Shown: positions 24,139 to 36,900 of the stretch, piece after piece | Position numbering within the stretch: position 1 is the stretch's first letter | Layout: every line of letters begins with the position of its first letter | Source of the DNA: Octopus bimaculoides | Taxonomy: Eukaryota | Length of the DNA stretch: 46,409 nucleotides | Reading direction: 5' to 3' | Assembly (NCBI RefSeq): GCF_001194135.2 | Contig: NC_068994.1 | Location: 57,059,815 to 57,106,223, forward strand | Made by a program: the position numbers and the translations under genes | The notes under the pieces: generated by a model | The model's database searches: none | Told to the model about the DNA's origin: nothing | Seen by the model: the letters and a program-made list of their open reading frames with translations, nothing else

Positions 24139-25509
24139 CAGACATATAATCAAAGACACACACACATTACAAACTATATTGAGAGCAGACAGGATTACAA
24201 ACATTCAATTAAATATGATCTTATCTTCCACTTGCACAAGCTCACATCGCATGATCCCCTTCCCCTATGCAAACCATACATAAAAATGCTTACATTATAG
24301 AAAAAAAAAGGTCTGTTTTATGGCTAGAAGTGTAGCAAAAACAAATACACGCATAGACGCATAAATTAGTTTGGAGACGAGAATTGTAGATAAGAAAACT
24401 TGCTTTTCATTGTAATCTTATAGTTTTCCCATCATTCTGGATAGTTTCATGTCTCACACTTCACAGTTCGTTTTCTGTACATATTCTATGTATATTATTT
24501 GTTTCCTATGTTTATGCATATGATCATGTGATGTACAATGTTTTTCTTAGGTGAATTGTATCATTTTTTATTTAGTGCTTCTGGAAAGCTTTATATCTTT
24601 GTTTTGACCTTTAGATCTCTTTTGAGAAGTAGTTGCTATATCATTTAGTGCAGAAGTAACTATTTATCGCTAACGTTGTGCATATTTTTGTTAAACGGTG
24701 ATCGTTTTTAAAGGTGGTTTTGGGAAGGAATTTTTAAAGGTAGTTTTGGAAAGAAATGGGATAATTTTGAATGAGAATTTTAGATTCTGTCATCTCTATT
24801 GTTTATAATTACTTCATTGTTTCTTCAGCTTCCTCATTATTTCATTCTTCAATAGTCATCAGTCTTCAGACCATAATTATTTAAGCACGTTCCTCTGAAT
24901 TTTTAATCCATTTCCATTTATCACAATCTAGGCTGGTTACGAAATTCTACAGTATCCGACGCTTGACTGGAATATCAGCCGCATCGAATTCTACAACAAA
25001 TATAGCAGTGTGCTACATATAGGGGTTCGTTTTCTTTTTATTTACTTACGAATCAAATAAATGATTGGGAGATGAGAAGTGACATTTTCGACATGAAGCT
25101 AAAGCTAAACTTAATTTAGAAGCTGGAAGAGAAAAAAAGTGAATAAATAAGTAATACTTAAAATAACTGAATAAAAACCAAAGAAAAAACAAACTAAATA
25201 AGCAAAACATAAAATCTACAGAATAATAACTTAACACTGTTTGACATAGACAGCAAGTATAATATGATGTAATTTAAATGTTATAGCCTCAGGAATTTTC
25301 AGAAAATTATAGAAAAGTTTAAACATCTATGTATCTGTGTACTTGTCTCTCTAAGTCACAATCACTCCTTGAATACGTGTGTGTTTGTGTGTGTGTATGT
25401 GTGTGTGTGTGAGCATGGCTGAATTTCTGCGTGTATGCATGTGTGTGTATGTTTGTGTGTGTGTGTGTATAGGAATAGAGAGATAAATAGCTTGATAGAT
25501 AGATATAAG

Positions 25510-25586
<77 letters not shown>

Positions 25587-25749
25587 NNNNNNNNNNNNNN
25601 NNNNNNNNNNNNNNNNNNNNNNNNNNNNNNNNNNNNNNNNNNNNNNNNNNNNNNNNNNNNNNNNNNNNNNNNNNNNNNNNNNNNNNNNNNNNNNNNNNNN
25701 NNNNNNNNNNNNNNNNNNNNNNNNNNNNNNNNNNNNNNNNNNNNNNNNN

Positions 25750-26075
25750 AATGACTTTTCACGTGCCACCGGCACAAGTGCCAGGAACGGGAAGCTGCGG
25801 CATAAGTGCCAGGAACGCGAAACTGCGGCACAAGTGCCAGGAAGGTGACGCTGGTAAGGATCACGCTCGAAAGGTGGTGCCATCACGATTTCGCTTTCGC
25901 TTGCCCCAACTGGTCTTCGCAAGCAGAGTTTAGTGTCCAATGGAGGAGACGTTGGCATGGGGGGGCCAGTCGTCGAATTTAGTTCGATTTCGATTTCAGC
26001 TGCCTCAACAGGTCTTCGCAAGCGGAATGCGCACAAGTGGGCTGGCTACATCCCTGGCAGAGGCCCTATCGTATG
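25750..26075 (-). mobile_element. RTE-like LINE 3'UTR fragment with internal tandem repeats; terminus lost in the gap
   Basis: GC-rich, with motifs cttttcacgtgccaccggcac, gatcacgctcgaa and cctcaacaggtcttcgcaagc. It appears to be the same family as 1-226 in the opposite orientation. Confidence 0.6.
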
Positions 26076-26420
26076 GGGTGTGAATATTGAAGTATATCTC
26101 CCTATCGACATGTATTTTTTATTCATGAAGAATAGTGATGCCTATGTTGTGTTTGACTTGGTTCTTTCATGCCTTTCCACAGAATGTATTGAGCAAAAAC
26201 CAAATAAAGCATAGAGGTTCCACCTATCTATCCTTCTCTATATATATACGCACATGCATTTATATAAGAATTTATACATATATACATATATGTACATGTA
26301 TGTTTGTTTGTATGCGTATGCATATTTGGAATATGTATGTATGTGCATATACATATGGAATATATAGATATTTACGTAATTACGCAATATACATGAATAT
26401 ATACATACACNNNNNNNNNN

Positions 26421-26475
<55 letters not shown>

Positions 26476-27833
26476 CATATATATAAACATGTATTACACG
26501 TATATGTACATATATATATGTTTGTATACATTTATAAGCCTTTCTGTATGTTTGTGTGTATATATGTGTTTATATATATATAAATAAGTACATATATACA
26601 TGCAAACTCATACATACATACACATACATATACGTCGCACGGAAATACACATACACGCACACACACACACACACACATACACACACACTTTGAGTCTTCA
26701 GGCGTGTTTGTCTCTGTATACTTACTTAACATCAATCTTATAAAAATTCGTTTGAGAATCTGCTTCCTTGCATCTCAAAGTATTTATCTATTTTTGTTTG
26801 TTTGTTCCATGTGTTTTTCCTGTAAGTTTAAATATGGGATGTTATGTTTCTTGTTGTTATCAAATTCGCTTGTTGTTGACTCTGCATTTTTCACGTGTGA
26901 TAGGTGTAGATATTGATTCCTTCATTAATAATATTTCTGACAGCTAATTGGAATAAGATATTCGACAATATCTGTTCCCGGGGTGCTTTTTGAAAATGCT
27001 AAATCAAGGAAATAATATTTACTATGTGATCTGCAATGGAAAAAAATAAATATATTTAAACTGTTTGCGACTGGAGATTATGATTACGTCTTACATCCGA
27101 GGACTCCACTAACCTCCAGTAATTTCGCGAATCACGTTGGCAAAAGTGAAAAATATGAATGTTTTTGGTAGAGATGTGTGATGTTAATATTTCTAGAAAA
27201 TATTTTTTGTATTTAAACATTGCCGAGAGAAAGAGAGTGAGAGATGGTGAGAGCGTGGGAGAAAGATGGAGAGAGGTGAGAGAAAGATGAAGAGAAAGAG
27301 AGAGAGCAACTGTGAGAGATACAGAGAGACAAATAGAGAATGGCAAGAGAAGAGGGTTTGGAGGAAAAACAGGGAAGCGTCCGTTGTTTACACAGTAATT
27401 GAAGCAGCTTCAAACGAAACGAAAACTGAAAATAAAGAAGACAAAGAAGATGGATGAGAAGAAGGAGGAGTGACAGGAGGATGAGTAGGAGGATAAGGGA
27501 AGAAACAAAAGAAAACGGAATTAGGGATGAAATGTTGTGGAAGGAGAAGCAAAACATTAAAGATGAAAAAATATAATGGTAATGATGCTGGCACCGATGA
27601 CGATGGCGTCAAACCGAACGAAGGAAACCAAGAAAGATGAGAAAAAAAAAAGACGTAAAAGGAGAAAGCGAGGAATATGGAAAAAGACATAAAACTAAAG
27701 CATGGATGATGATAATTATAATTCTGTTCAAAATATGTGGAGAAAGATTTGGCAATATACCTGCATACATTCAGATGTATTGGGATTACTTTTTAAAATT
27801 ATCTCAACAGATATTCTATCGGAATTATAGCCA

Positions 27834-27866
<33 letters not shown>

Positions 27867-27882
27867 ATTACACATCTGCACA

Positions 27883-27955
27883 GATCATCTTATTGATGAG
27901 TAACTGATCATCTTATTGATGAGTAGCTGATCATCTTATTGATGAGTAGCTGATC
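27883..27955. repeat. 23-bp minisatellite, 3.2 copies
   Basis: gatcatcttattgatgagta(a/g)ct at 27883, 27906 and 27929, plus a partial gatc. Confidence 0.95.
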
Positions 27956-29034
27956 TCTACAACCATAGAACCCACGTTTACATTCTTTTTTGTTCATTAG
28001 GGAATATGCCAGTTTCTATTAAAAAACTATAAGTAAATTTAGTCAAGACAGATGTTAGTATTATATACACAAATGAAAATCTCCGCGTCAAACTCCCTAA
28101 AATATGGATAAAAGAAATCAATTTACTCACAACCGAGGCAAGCTTCTTAATACCAGAATAATAATTGAACCTCGACTGAAATGATACTTCCTTTTAAACC
28201 GGTTCCAGCTTAACAAAAATAACGTAAATGTTTAGATGCGAATTTGAAACAGGCATCAGTCTGGAATCAGGTAGAGCAAGACATCCCAAATTTCTCTATG
28301 CAATATGCCTCGCTGTTTACAGTACCCGTTGACCGATTCACATTATACATAATATCGTAAAAATATTTTTATCACTGACCTATGATTTGCATGTTATATT
28401 GGGCCGAAATGTTAATAAATCGTATCGGATTGAAGTTTACTGTAAATATCAGCTCAATATATCATAATTGATTTGACCTTCAATTTTCCAATGATATCGC
28501 TTTGAACTCATAAAATCTATAAGTTTGTATATTATATTTTAATTTCGAGTTTTTATAGATTTTTTATTGCAGAGATAATACTCATGTTCTGATGAATCGA
28601 TAACTATGTCTTCACACGGCAACAGATAAATATTGATTTTAAAAGAAGTTCTCTGTCGATAAGCATGAATATATAATGCACATAGAGAAAGATGAAAAGA
28701 GACCTCTTAGACTATATAATGGTAATATCAAAAGTCAATACAACTCGTATATTTTTATACTTATCACGAAAAAAGCACGAAAGAAATATTTGTAGCATTG
28801 CAGTAAAACACAACCAGTTCGGAGGAGTTGTTTTGAGTTGGTTCTAATTAAAATCAAAGAGATTTTAGGGAGTGTTATTAAAAGTCAAATCATATGAAGA
28901 TAACGAAGGTCTGTAAGTAACTAAAATTGAAGACAAAGATCGTGAAGTGTCGAACGTTATCATATGTACAAGGGAGAACCGTGTTAATAATTACAAGTGA
29001 AAAGCAGTACCCACTGACATGCTGCTTTGATATA

Positions 29035-29320
29035 TTCCCCTTTGTTATCTCCCCTTTTTCTTAGCTCTCCTGTGTGAACCTTCTGTCCGGCATTCGCCAT
29101 GATAGATCGCTGACCACTAAATTTGTGTTTCTTTTTTCTCCTTGTTTTTCTCCTTATCTCTTTCTGTGTTCCTTTCAGTTTAAGAGCGTAGCTCGAAACG
29201 TTAAAGACTTTCTCTATTCCCGAGCGTTAAACTAATACATCTATTTGTTGTTTACACCACCTGTCTTCCCCTGTTGTTGTTTTCGTAAATTCTCTCATAT
29301 ATATATATATATATATATAC
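29035..29320 (+). mobile_element. Penelope-like element terminal (pseudo-LTR / 3' end) fragment followed by (AT)n
   Basis: gatagatcgctgaccactaaa...ttaagagcgtagctcgaaacgttaaagactttctc resembles the gaaga...cgaaacg terminal motif of Penelope-like elements. Recognition-based. Confidence 0.55.
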
Positions 29321-29424
29321 ATACATACCTTATGGTGGCACTAATTATATTTGTGAAGTAATCAATGTGCCTCTTGAAATAGAAAAAATTAAACTAAAAG
29401 ATACAGACACAACTATTCTCAAAC

Positions 29425-29575
29425 GCGTGATAATGCTAATACAATAGCGTGAACAGGATAAATTATCCAAACAATGCAGAAAAATACGTTACTGGCCAGT
29501 CCTGAGACTCGAACTTACATCGCTGTGATTACGCGTGAATTGCTTTATTAGATAAAACTCTATATTAGATTAAAT
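29425..29575 (-). mobile_element. Diverged tRNA-derived SINE of a third family
   Basis: The minus strand has B-box-like gtaagttcgagtctcaggactggccagta followed by tttttctgcattgtttggataatttatcctgttcacgc. No intact cloverleaf. Confidence 0.4.
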
Positions 29576-30002
29576 TCTTATCAGCTTCTGAACACAGCCC
29601 ATATAGAATGAAATTTTATATTGTTGAAGGGCAACTGGAAGGAAATTTTTCAAAAATGCAACTAATTTTCTTAGTAGATAATTGGTTGGAGGTTGGTATA
29701 ATATATTTGAAATTGATGAAGGTGGTTGAGATAAAAATACATTTTTTAAAATTCAGTCATATAATTGAATGCATTAATATCCACAGGCGATTCTATAGTG
29801 TGAACGGACACCAACAGGAAATTTTGCAAGAGTGCAAAATAATTATTTTCGTAGACAATTGGGAGGAGATTAATAGAGCTCAACGTCTTAAAGCTTTTAC
29901 TTCTGAAGCGTGAGAAATTTTTGCCAAACGTTAACAAATGTTCCGTTGTAATGACTGAGATTCTGATTAAGCTTGGATATTTAAGATATGATTTTATAAG
30001 AA

Positions 30003-30039
<37 letters not shown>

Positions 30040-30636
30040 NNNNNNNNNNNNNNNNNNNNNNNNNNNNNNNNNNNNNNNNNNNNNNNNNNNNNNNNNNNNN
30101 NNNNNNNNNNNNNNNNNNNNNNNNNNNNNNNNNNNNNNNNNNNNNNNNNNNNNNNNNNNNNNNNNNNNNNNNNNNNNNNNNNNNNNNNNNNNNNNNNNNN
30201 NNNNNNNNNNNNNNNNNNNNNNNNNNNNNNNNNNNNNNNNNNNNNNNNNNNNNNNNNNNNNNNNNNNNNNNNNNNNNNNNNNNNNNNNNNNNNNNNNNNN
30301 NNNNNNNNNNNNNNNNNNNNNNNNNNNNNNNNNNNNNNNNNNNNNNNNNNNNNNNNNNNNNNNNNNNNNNNNNNNNNNNNNNNNNNNNNNNNNNNNNNNN
30401 NNNNNNNNNNNNNNNNNNNNNNNNNNNNNNNNNNNNNNNNNNNNNNNNNNNNNNNNNNNNNNNNNNNNNNNNNNNNNNNNNNNNNNNNNNNNNNNNNNNN
30501 NNNNNNNNNNNNNNNNNAGACATCAGAAAATTGCTTCAAATACCTAAAGCTATATTACAATAGATATCAAGGTAATTGATATTATTTTTTATAAAGGAAC
30601 AAACAGGCAGATATCCTTAAATCTATATGGAACGGT

Positions 30637-30836
30637 TTGAAATTCCAGTACAACGCCAGCAATTTTAGGGGAAGGAAAAATTGCTTGCATCAACGCCAGT
30701 GCTCACCTAGTACATACTTTATCGACCCCGAAAAGATGAATGGCACAACCTACATCAATGGAACATGAACTCATAGGCGAACGGAATGCCGCTAAGGATT
30801 TCGCCCATATGCTAACCGTTCTGTCAGCTCGCCGCC
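30637..30836 (-). mobile_element. SINE family A, diverged
   Basis: tttatcgaccccgaaaagatga...gctaaccgttctgtcagctcgccgcc is the reverse complement of the family A head and core. Confidence 0.8.
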
Positions 30837-30869
30837 TTAATCATAGTATACAATATTATCACAAAATAT

Positions 30870-31069
30870 TATCGGTGAGTTGGCGGCACATTGGGTTTAT
30901 TGGATATCGTCATTTCTTGCGGCTCTTTAAGTTCTGAGTTTAAAGACCGCAGAAGTGACCTTTGCCTTTGAACCTTTCAAGGTGGAGAAAATAAGTCCCA
31001 GTCAAGTACTGCGGTCGATGTAATCGAGTAATCTCCTTCATAGTTGCTGGACTTATGCCAAATTTGAAA
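30870..31069 (+). mobile_element. SINE family A, diverged, with 19-bp target-site duplication
   Basis: gttctgagttta...ctttgcctttgaacctttc...gccaaatttgaaa. Flanked by caatattatcacaaaatat (30851-30869) and caatattgtcacaaaatat (31070-31088). Confidence 0.8.
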
Positions 31070-31105
31070 CAATATTGTCACAAAATATAATAGATATAAC
31101 AATGG

Positions 31106-31182
<77 letters not shown>

Positions 31183-32489
31183 TAGGAAATAGCTCACAGT
31201 TATTCTTTTCGAAGTACTTGTTTAGTGTTCAATACACTGTCATTTCTCTAACGAGTACATTTCCGTAATTTCCTAAATCCAAATTGAGTAGATTTTATAT
31301 GAATCATATATTAATTAATATCTGGTGATTGAATTTTAAAAGCTGTTCAATGTTTCATTTTATTGAACAAAGATCAAACTTTTCTTCTCTTTTATATCTA
31401 CAATCCCTGGGTTATTCCGTTCGTCATAATAAGAAATTTATGATTTCATACTTACATTAAAGATATAGTAACAACCAACGATCATAACATCAAAGTGTTT
31501 TGCTCGCATCGATTACGGTTATATCGACAAGTTTTATTCAAGTATATTACTATAAATACCTAGTTAAACCAAAAACTGTTTACAAATTAATGAACATTAA
31601 TTGTTACTACGTCTATTTGCATGCTCTTTAAAATGACATCATTTATTAGAGTGTGATTCACAGAATGCTTAAGCCCTTTATGTATTTTGCGTCTGAAAGC
31701 AATGAAAATATTTACAAAATGGATGTCACGCTTTTATCTTTTTAATAAAATAAACAATATCTCAGGATATATCCTGTGAAGTGAACATTGATATTGTTAT
31801 ATTACATAGTATTTTATTGTTGTATGACAGTAATAAAACTACACTTAAAAGATATGATTTAATGTTTGTCGCTGTTTAAAGCCGCAGGGAAACCATGGAA
31901 TGCAAATTGACCTACCAAATTTATACGAGGCGCAGTCATTATAGTCAAGTTTTTCCCTTAAGCCTCTACTCCCGAATAAGATACATTTTATAACATGAAA
32001 TCCTGTTGCAGCTTTTAAACTTCTACATCAGCAAGCACAACAAGTGAAATTGATAGAGATAGATTAAAATACAAGGTAAACCAAAGTCACATATCAGATC
32101 GCCTTGCATACTAAATTTTAGTGTGCAGAACCTTCATCCGGGCATTCAGGCTATATTAAATTATAGTACCTGGTCGAAATCCCGTCCAGCTCAACTTTAC
32201 CTGATATTCTTTCAGAGTTGGTAAAATATAGTACCAGCCAAGTATCAGGTACTGAGGTCAATAGTATCGGCAACCGCCACCCCTCGAACTCACTGATCTG
32301 CTGTCTAAACCAGAGCCTCTATATTATACACATATTAGGTTTTCAAGAAAGTTCTTGCGGTTTTCAACTTTGAAATTCAGAGGCACATATCTCGGCTCAA
32401 ACAAAACTTTATTAATAGAAATAACCACCATCAGAATCAACACTCTTTTGCCGACGCGAAGCAAGTTTATTTATGCCAGTAGCGTAAAA

Positions 32490-32661
32490 GGGAAAGGGAT
32501 TAAGTCGATTACCTCGACTCCATTGCGTAACTGATACTTATTTAATCGACCCCGAAAGGATGAAAAAGTCGACCTCGGCGGAATTTGAACTCAGAAAGTA
32601 AAAACAGACGAAATACCGCTGAGCATTTCACCTGGCGTGCTTACGATTTTGCCAACTCGCT
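32490..32661 (-). mobile_element. SINE family A
   Basis: atcgaccccgaaaggatga...gtcgacctcggcggaatttgaactcagaa...cagacgaaataccgctgagcatttc. Confidence 0.88.
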
Positions 32662-32885
32662 GTGGAAAGCAATATTATTTTCTGTAGCTGATTGTTGGTA
32701 GAATTAGTTGGTAGATTTAGTCCTTCTTCTAGCTTAACATTATTTCCCTTTTCGCCTTCCGTAGCAAGCATTCTCATCAGTTTTTGCATTTCGTCATTCT
32801 TTTCTCCCAGCTGTCTCCGAGGTCGTGCAAAAACAGCATTGACACTGTTCTTTCTAATCTCAGCCGGCCACGATAAAACAAACAA

Positions 32886-33272
32886 CTTACACTTTTAATT
32901 CTTTCATTAATTTCACTGTGGCCATGCTGGAGCACCACCTTTTAGTCCAAGAAATTGACCCCAGGACTTATTCGTTGCAAGACTAGTACTTATTCTATCT
33001 GTCTCTTTTGTCGAACCGCTAGATAACTGGGACGTAAATACATCAACATTGGTTGTCAAGCGATAGTGGTGGGGACAAACAGAGGTACAAAGATACACAC
33101 ATTGATACATACGACAGACTTCTTTCAGTTTCTATCTACAAAATCCACTCACAAAGCATTGGTCGGTCCAAGACTATAGCAGAAGCCACTTGTCCAAGGT
33201 GCCACGCAGTGGGACTGAACCCGGGACCATGTGGTTGCGAAGCAAGCTTCTTACCACAGCCACGCCTGCGCC
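32886..33272 (-). mobile_element. SINE family B, full length
   Basis: Complete head (ggcgcaggcgtggctgtggtaagaagc...ggttcagtcccactgcg), short central simple-repeat linker and 3' part ending ggtggtgctccagcatggccacagtg. Confidence 0.92.
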
Positions 33273-33343
33273 TTACTCAAATTATATATATACATTCTAA
33301 GCGAGATACTCAACAGCATATCATCCTCACTCTGAGTATTTTT

Positions 33344-33505
33344 GTCAAATGAACCAACCCCGGGACATAATTTCTTTAAGCCTGATACTTATTCTATCGA
33401 TCTATTTTGCCAAACTGCTAAGTTACGCGAACGTAAATACAACACCAGTTGTCAAGCGGTGATGGATGACAAACACAGACTCAAAGACACACACACACAC
33501 AGATA

Positions 33506-33572
<67 letters not shown>

Positions 33573-33924
33573 GACTTTCGATAAACATAGATAGCATAGA
33601 AGTGCTCAAGTTGAACCCGAGGCGCTAGACACGTATAATAGATACAATAGTAAAGGTTCAAATCCGACAGACTATGATTAACACATACATATATGCTTTT
33701 CATTAGGATAGAATAGGAATTGTCCAATCTGAAACATATATTGATATATTAGAAATATATATATACGACAGACTTCTCTCTGTTTCCGTCTACCAAATCC
33801 ACCCACAAGGCTTTGGTCGGCCCGAGGCTATAGTAGGAAATACATAACCAAGGTGCCATGAATAGGGACTGAACCCTGAACCATGTGGTTGGGGAGTAAA
33901 TTTCTCACCACACAACGACGCCTG
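33344..33924 (-). mobile_element. SINE family B split by an expanded microsatellite and about 180 bp of unique sequence
   Basis: 5' half at about 33765-33924 and 3' half at about 33344-33500, in the correct order and orientation, separated by (AC)/(ATAC)/(AT) and the unique segment 33571-33750. Confidence 0.75.
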
Positions 33925-34510
33925 TTTATATTTCATTTTAAGTTATTTCGCTATTTTTGTAACCGCTGACACTTCGTAGTGTTGAACGGAATGCTTAACC
34001 GCATCAAATTTAACTGTTCAAGTTAAATTGCGGAAAAAAAAATAAACATGGCCACAGCAAAGTTTCCCAAAATCAATAAAGTGAAATGAAATTCATGTAA
34101 TTAACCACAAAAACTTATTTAACTATTCAAGTCACAAATTTTTGGTTACAGAATATAACTTCATTAACAAACAACTTTACAATTTTACTTTGAGCAAGCA
34201 ATTATCTTGAACTTTAGCTGCAATCAAAATATCTATATGTGTACAGGAAAAAAACTGTAATTACAGTTTTTAATTATGTATTTCAATTAGAAAAGCCAAT
34301 ATACTTAATCTCATCGAATGTTCGTAATTTGAATTTCGTTACAAAACTAAATATATGATAAGCACACTTCCTTTTCAAGTTTTTTATTTACAAAACGGCA
34401 ATATTGAAATATTTAATTACCTTCCTAATCGAACAACAGTAACTGTTCAATAATAATAAAAATAATAATAATAATGGTAATGATGGAAATGATAATAATA
34501 ATAATAATAC

Positions 34511-34893
34511 TTTCTCTAATTGGCCACAAGGACCGAACACAAAACAAATAGGGACGATACAATACAAGGGACAAATGCGGTGTTGAACAAATGGGTTGTA
34601 TATACAACAAGTAAAAACGATTAACAAAGCAATTGAACAATAAAATTCCATAACAGGGGAGAGTTTCTCACAGGGACAACCGAGTAACCTCACACATTCT
34701 GGTTATCCTGGACCGCCAGATGCACCTCGGAAGGCGCCTCCCTCCTTCTCAAACTCCTTCGGTTTACAAACGTAAGTTCAGAGTAGGCCCATTCACGCGG
34801 CCCATCCTCGCCACATTCACCCACCTTTCAACAAATTGAGAAGACCCCCCTTTCCTTTTCAGCCAAAGAAGGGCGGCAGGGCGATCTTCACGA
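34511..34893 (-). mobile_element. 5'-truncated L1/Tx1-like LINE 3' end (ORF2 C-terminus plus 3'UTR) between (TAA)n arrays
   Basis: The minus strand reads ...LKRKGGSSQFVERWVNVARMGRVNGPTLNLRL* (stop 34764-34766), resembling Tx1-type ORF2 C-termini. A 3'UTR of about 250 bp ends gttcggtccttgtggccaattagagaaa, then (TAT)n. Confidence 0.6.
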
Positions 34894-34915
34894 TGATAAT
34901 AATAATAATAATAAC

Positions 34916-34961
<46 letters not shown>

Positions 34962-36572
34962 NNNNNNNNNNNNNNNNNNNNNNNNNNNNNNNNNNNNNNN
35001 NNNNNNNNNNNNNNNNNNNNNNNNNNNNNNNNNNNNNNNNNNNNNNNNNNNNNNNNNNNNNNNNNNNNNNNNNNNNNNNNATATATATATGCATACAGAC
35101 ACACATACGCACACACACACATACACACATATACTCTGTAGAAGAAGCAGAATGTGTTTTACAAGAATCCATGGACCGGACGGATTAATGTAGTTGAAAA
35201 TCTCATTTATTTGAGTATTGTTTAGGATCTAAAATGACGGAAATTGTTGTAAGGAGGAAGGATTGTTTATAGAAAGATTTACTGAATGATGTGATTGGTG
35301 ATACCCGCTAGAAGTGATGGAAGATGCAATTCTAAATTTCTCGTCAAAGTCCTATACAGAAATGCATTCGTTTCGTACCATTTTGTAGTTTATACATGGA
35401 GTAATTATTTTGATTTCCTTCGTGATTTTTCAGAAATATTTGACTGATACGTTTCCTACAATTTGACGCGGCTCTATAAAAAATATGTTTTTAAATACTT
35501 TCTTAGTCATATTTTTGATGTTTTAACGTATTCTAGAAGTTAGATTTTCTATTTGTCCTATAAAATCAGGTTTTCAGGGCAGAAAATCTTTATAGAAATA
35601 CGATAAGTTTCTTTAAGTCGATAACATACATAACAAATCCTGGAAACTATATAATGCACTCTCAGTAAAGCAAACATTTCTTTTTTTTTTTTTTACTATT
35701 TCGTTTGCATGTCTGTTGTATATATTAGTGAGATAAAGCAACAATACATTATACAAAAATGTTGTTTAATCTCTAACGTAGTAAATAATTTATCAAGGAT
35801 TGTCTTTAGTAAAAGATAATACTATTTTCTCGCATTATATATTACCTGTAATATAAGCTCACAGATGCTAAGCTAGACCTAGAAAGATTTTCCAACAGAC
35901 TTTTTCGGAAATTTTTGTCAGAGATTATGACTTTTGTTTTAGGCAAATATATAACCAATCTACATGTATATTCTTTATTTATGAAGAATCTCTTAGTAGA
36001 TGCACTGTTGCAGAGCAAAATTGTTAAGCCGGATAAAATGGAAGTAAATGCAAGCTTCAAATAACATCGCAATAAGAGTTATATTCATTGCATTACTTCA
36101 AGGCTTCTTTTTTATCGTAGAATAGCTAGAAAAATGAGTGTAGTTTTCCAGGTATATAAAATATTTATCTCTAAATACCATCTTCCCCTTCTCGATAACT
36201 AAAGATATGTTTTCGATCAGTTATTGTGGTTTGTCGATAGCAAAACAGAAATAAAAGTTTTCGCTTTCAATGTATGTTGAAGGTTATGGCTTCCAGATAA
36301 CAAAGAACAATGAGATTCTCATATTCGTTGTTGTTTAGCCCCAGGAAAGACCTGACTAAGCAAACATAAACGAAGTTTCCAATCAGTGACCGTCATGTCT
36401 TTATTTTTTCATGCAGCATTCATTTAAGACTGTAGACCAGTGATTTCAAGATGTTACTCGTTTCTCACAGATCGGACAACCAAATGCAAGCTCCTATACT
36501 GGCATTTCTACTGTAGTTGTGCATAACAGTTACCTGGATTTAGTCATAAACTAGTTTTCCCATCAACCATAT

Positions 36573-36703
36573 ATCCTTTTCTACTCTAGGGACAAGGCCC
36601 TAAATGTTGGGGGAGGGGGCCAGTCTATTAGATCGACCCCAGTACGAAACTGGTACTTAATTCATCGACCCCGAAAGGATGGAAGGTAAAGTCGACCTCG
36701 GCG
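36573..36703 (-). mobile_element. SINE family A, 5'-truncated
   Basis: cttttctactctagggacaaggccc...agatcgaccccagtacg...gtcgacctcggcg, nearly identical to 43703-43835. Confidence 0.9.
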
Positions 36704-36722
36704 TAACACTATTGGGTTTTAA

Positions 36723-36900
36723 GCGGCGAGCTGGCAGAAGCTTCAGCGTGTTGTACAAAAACGCTTCGCAGCATGTCTGTCGCCTTTATGTTCTGAGTTC
36801 AAATTCCGCCGAGGCCATCTTTCTCTTTCGTTGTTTCGGGTTGATGCTATCGACTAGCTCCCTCCCGCCAAAATTCAGGCCTTGTCTATAGATGAAAGAA
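36723..36900 (+). mobile_element. SINE family A, diverged, with internal deletion
   Basis: gcggcgagctggcagaa...gttctgagttcaaattccgccgagg...caggccttgt. Confidence 0.8.

Noticed and set aside
24705-24756. 26-bp tandem duplication tttttaaaggt(g/a)gttttgg(g/a)aag
   Set aside because: An ordinary local duplication with no further structure.
24926-25060. Protein-like frame AGYEILQYPTLDWNISRIEFYNKYSSVLHIG
   Set aside because: No good donor site and no recognisable family.
27200-27800. Purine-rich stretch giving charged or hydrophobic ORFs
   Set aside because: Low-complexity GA bias with frequent stops; not coding-like.
27883-27955. CRISPR-like appearance of 23-bp repeats
   Set aside because: The repeats are contiguous with no spacers, there are no cas genes, and the context is eukaryotic.
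29485-29560. tRNA gene on the minus strand
   Set aside because: Only a B-box-like motif is present and no cloverleaf can be formed; it is better explained as a SINE head.
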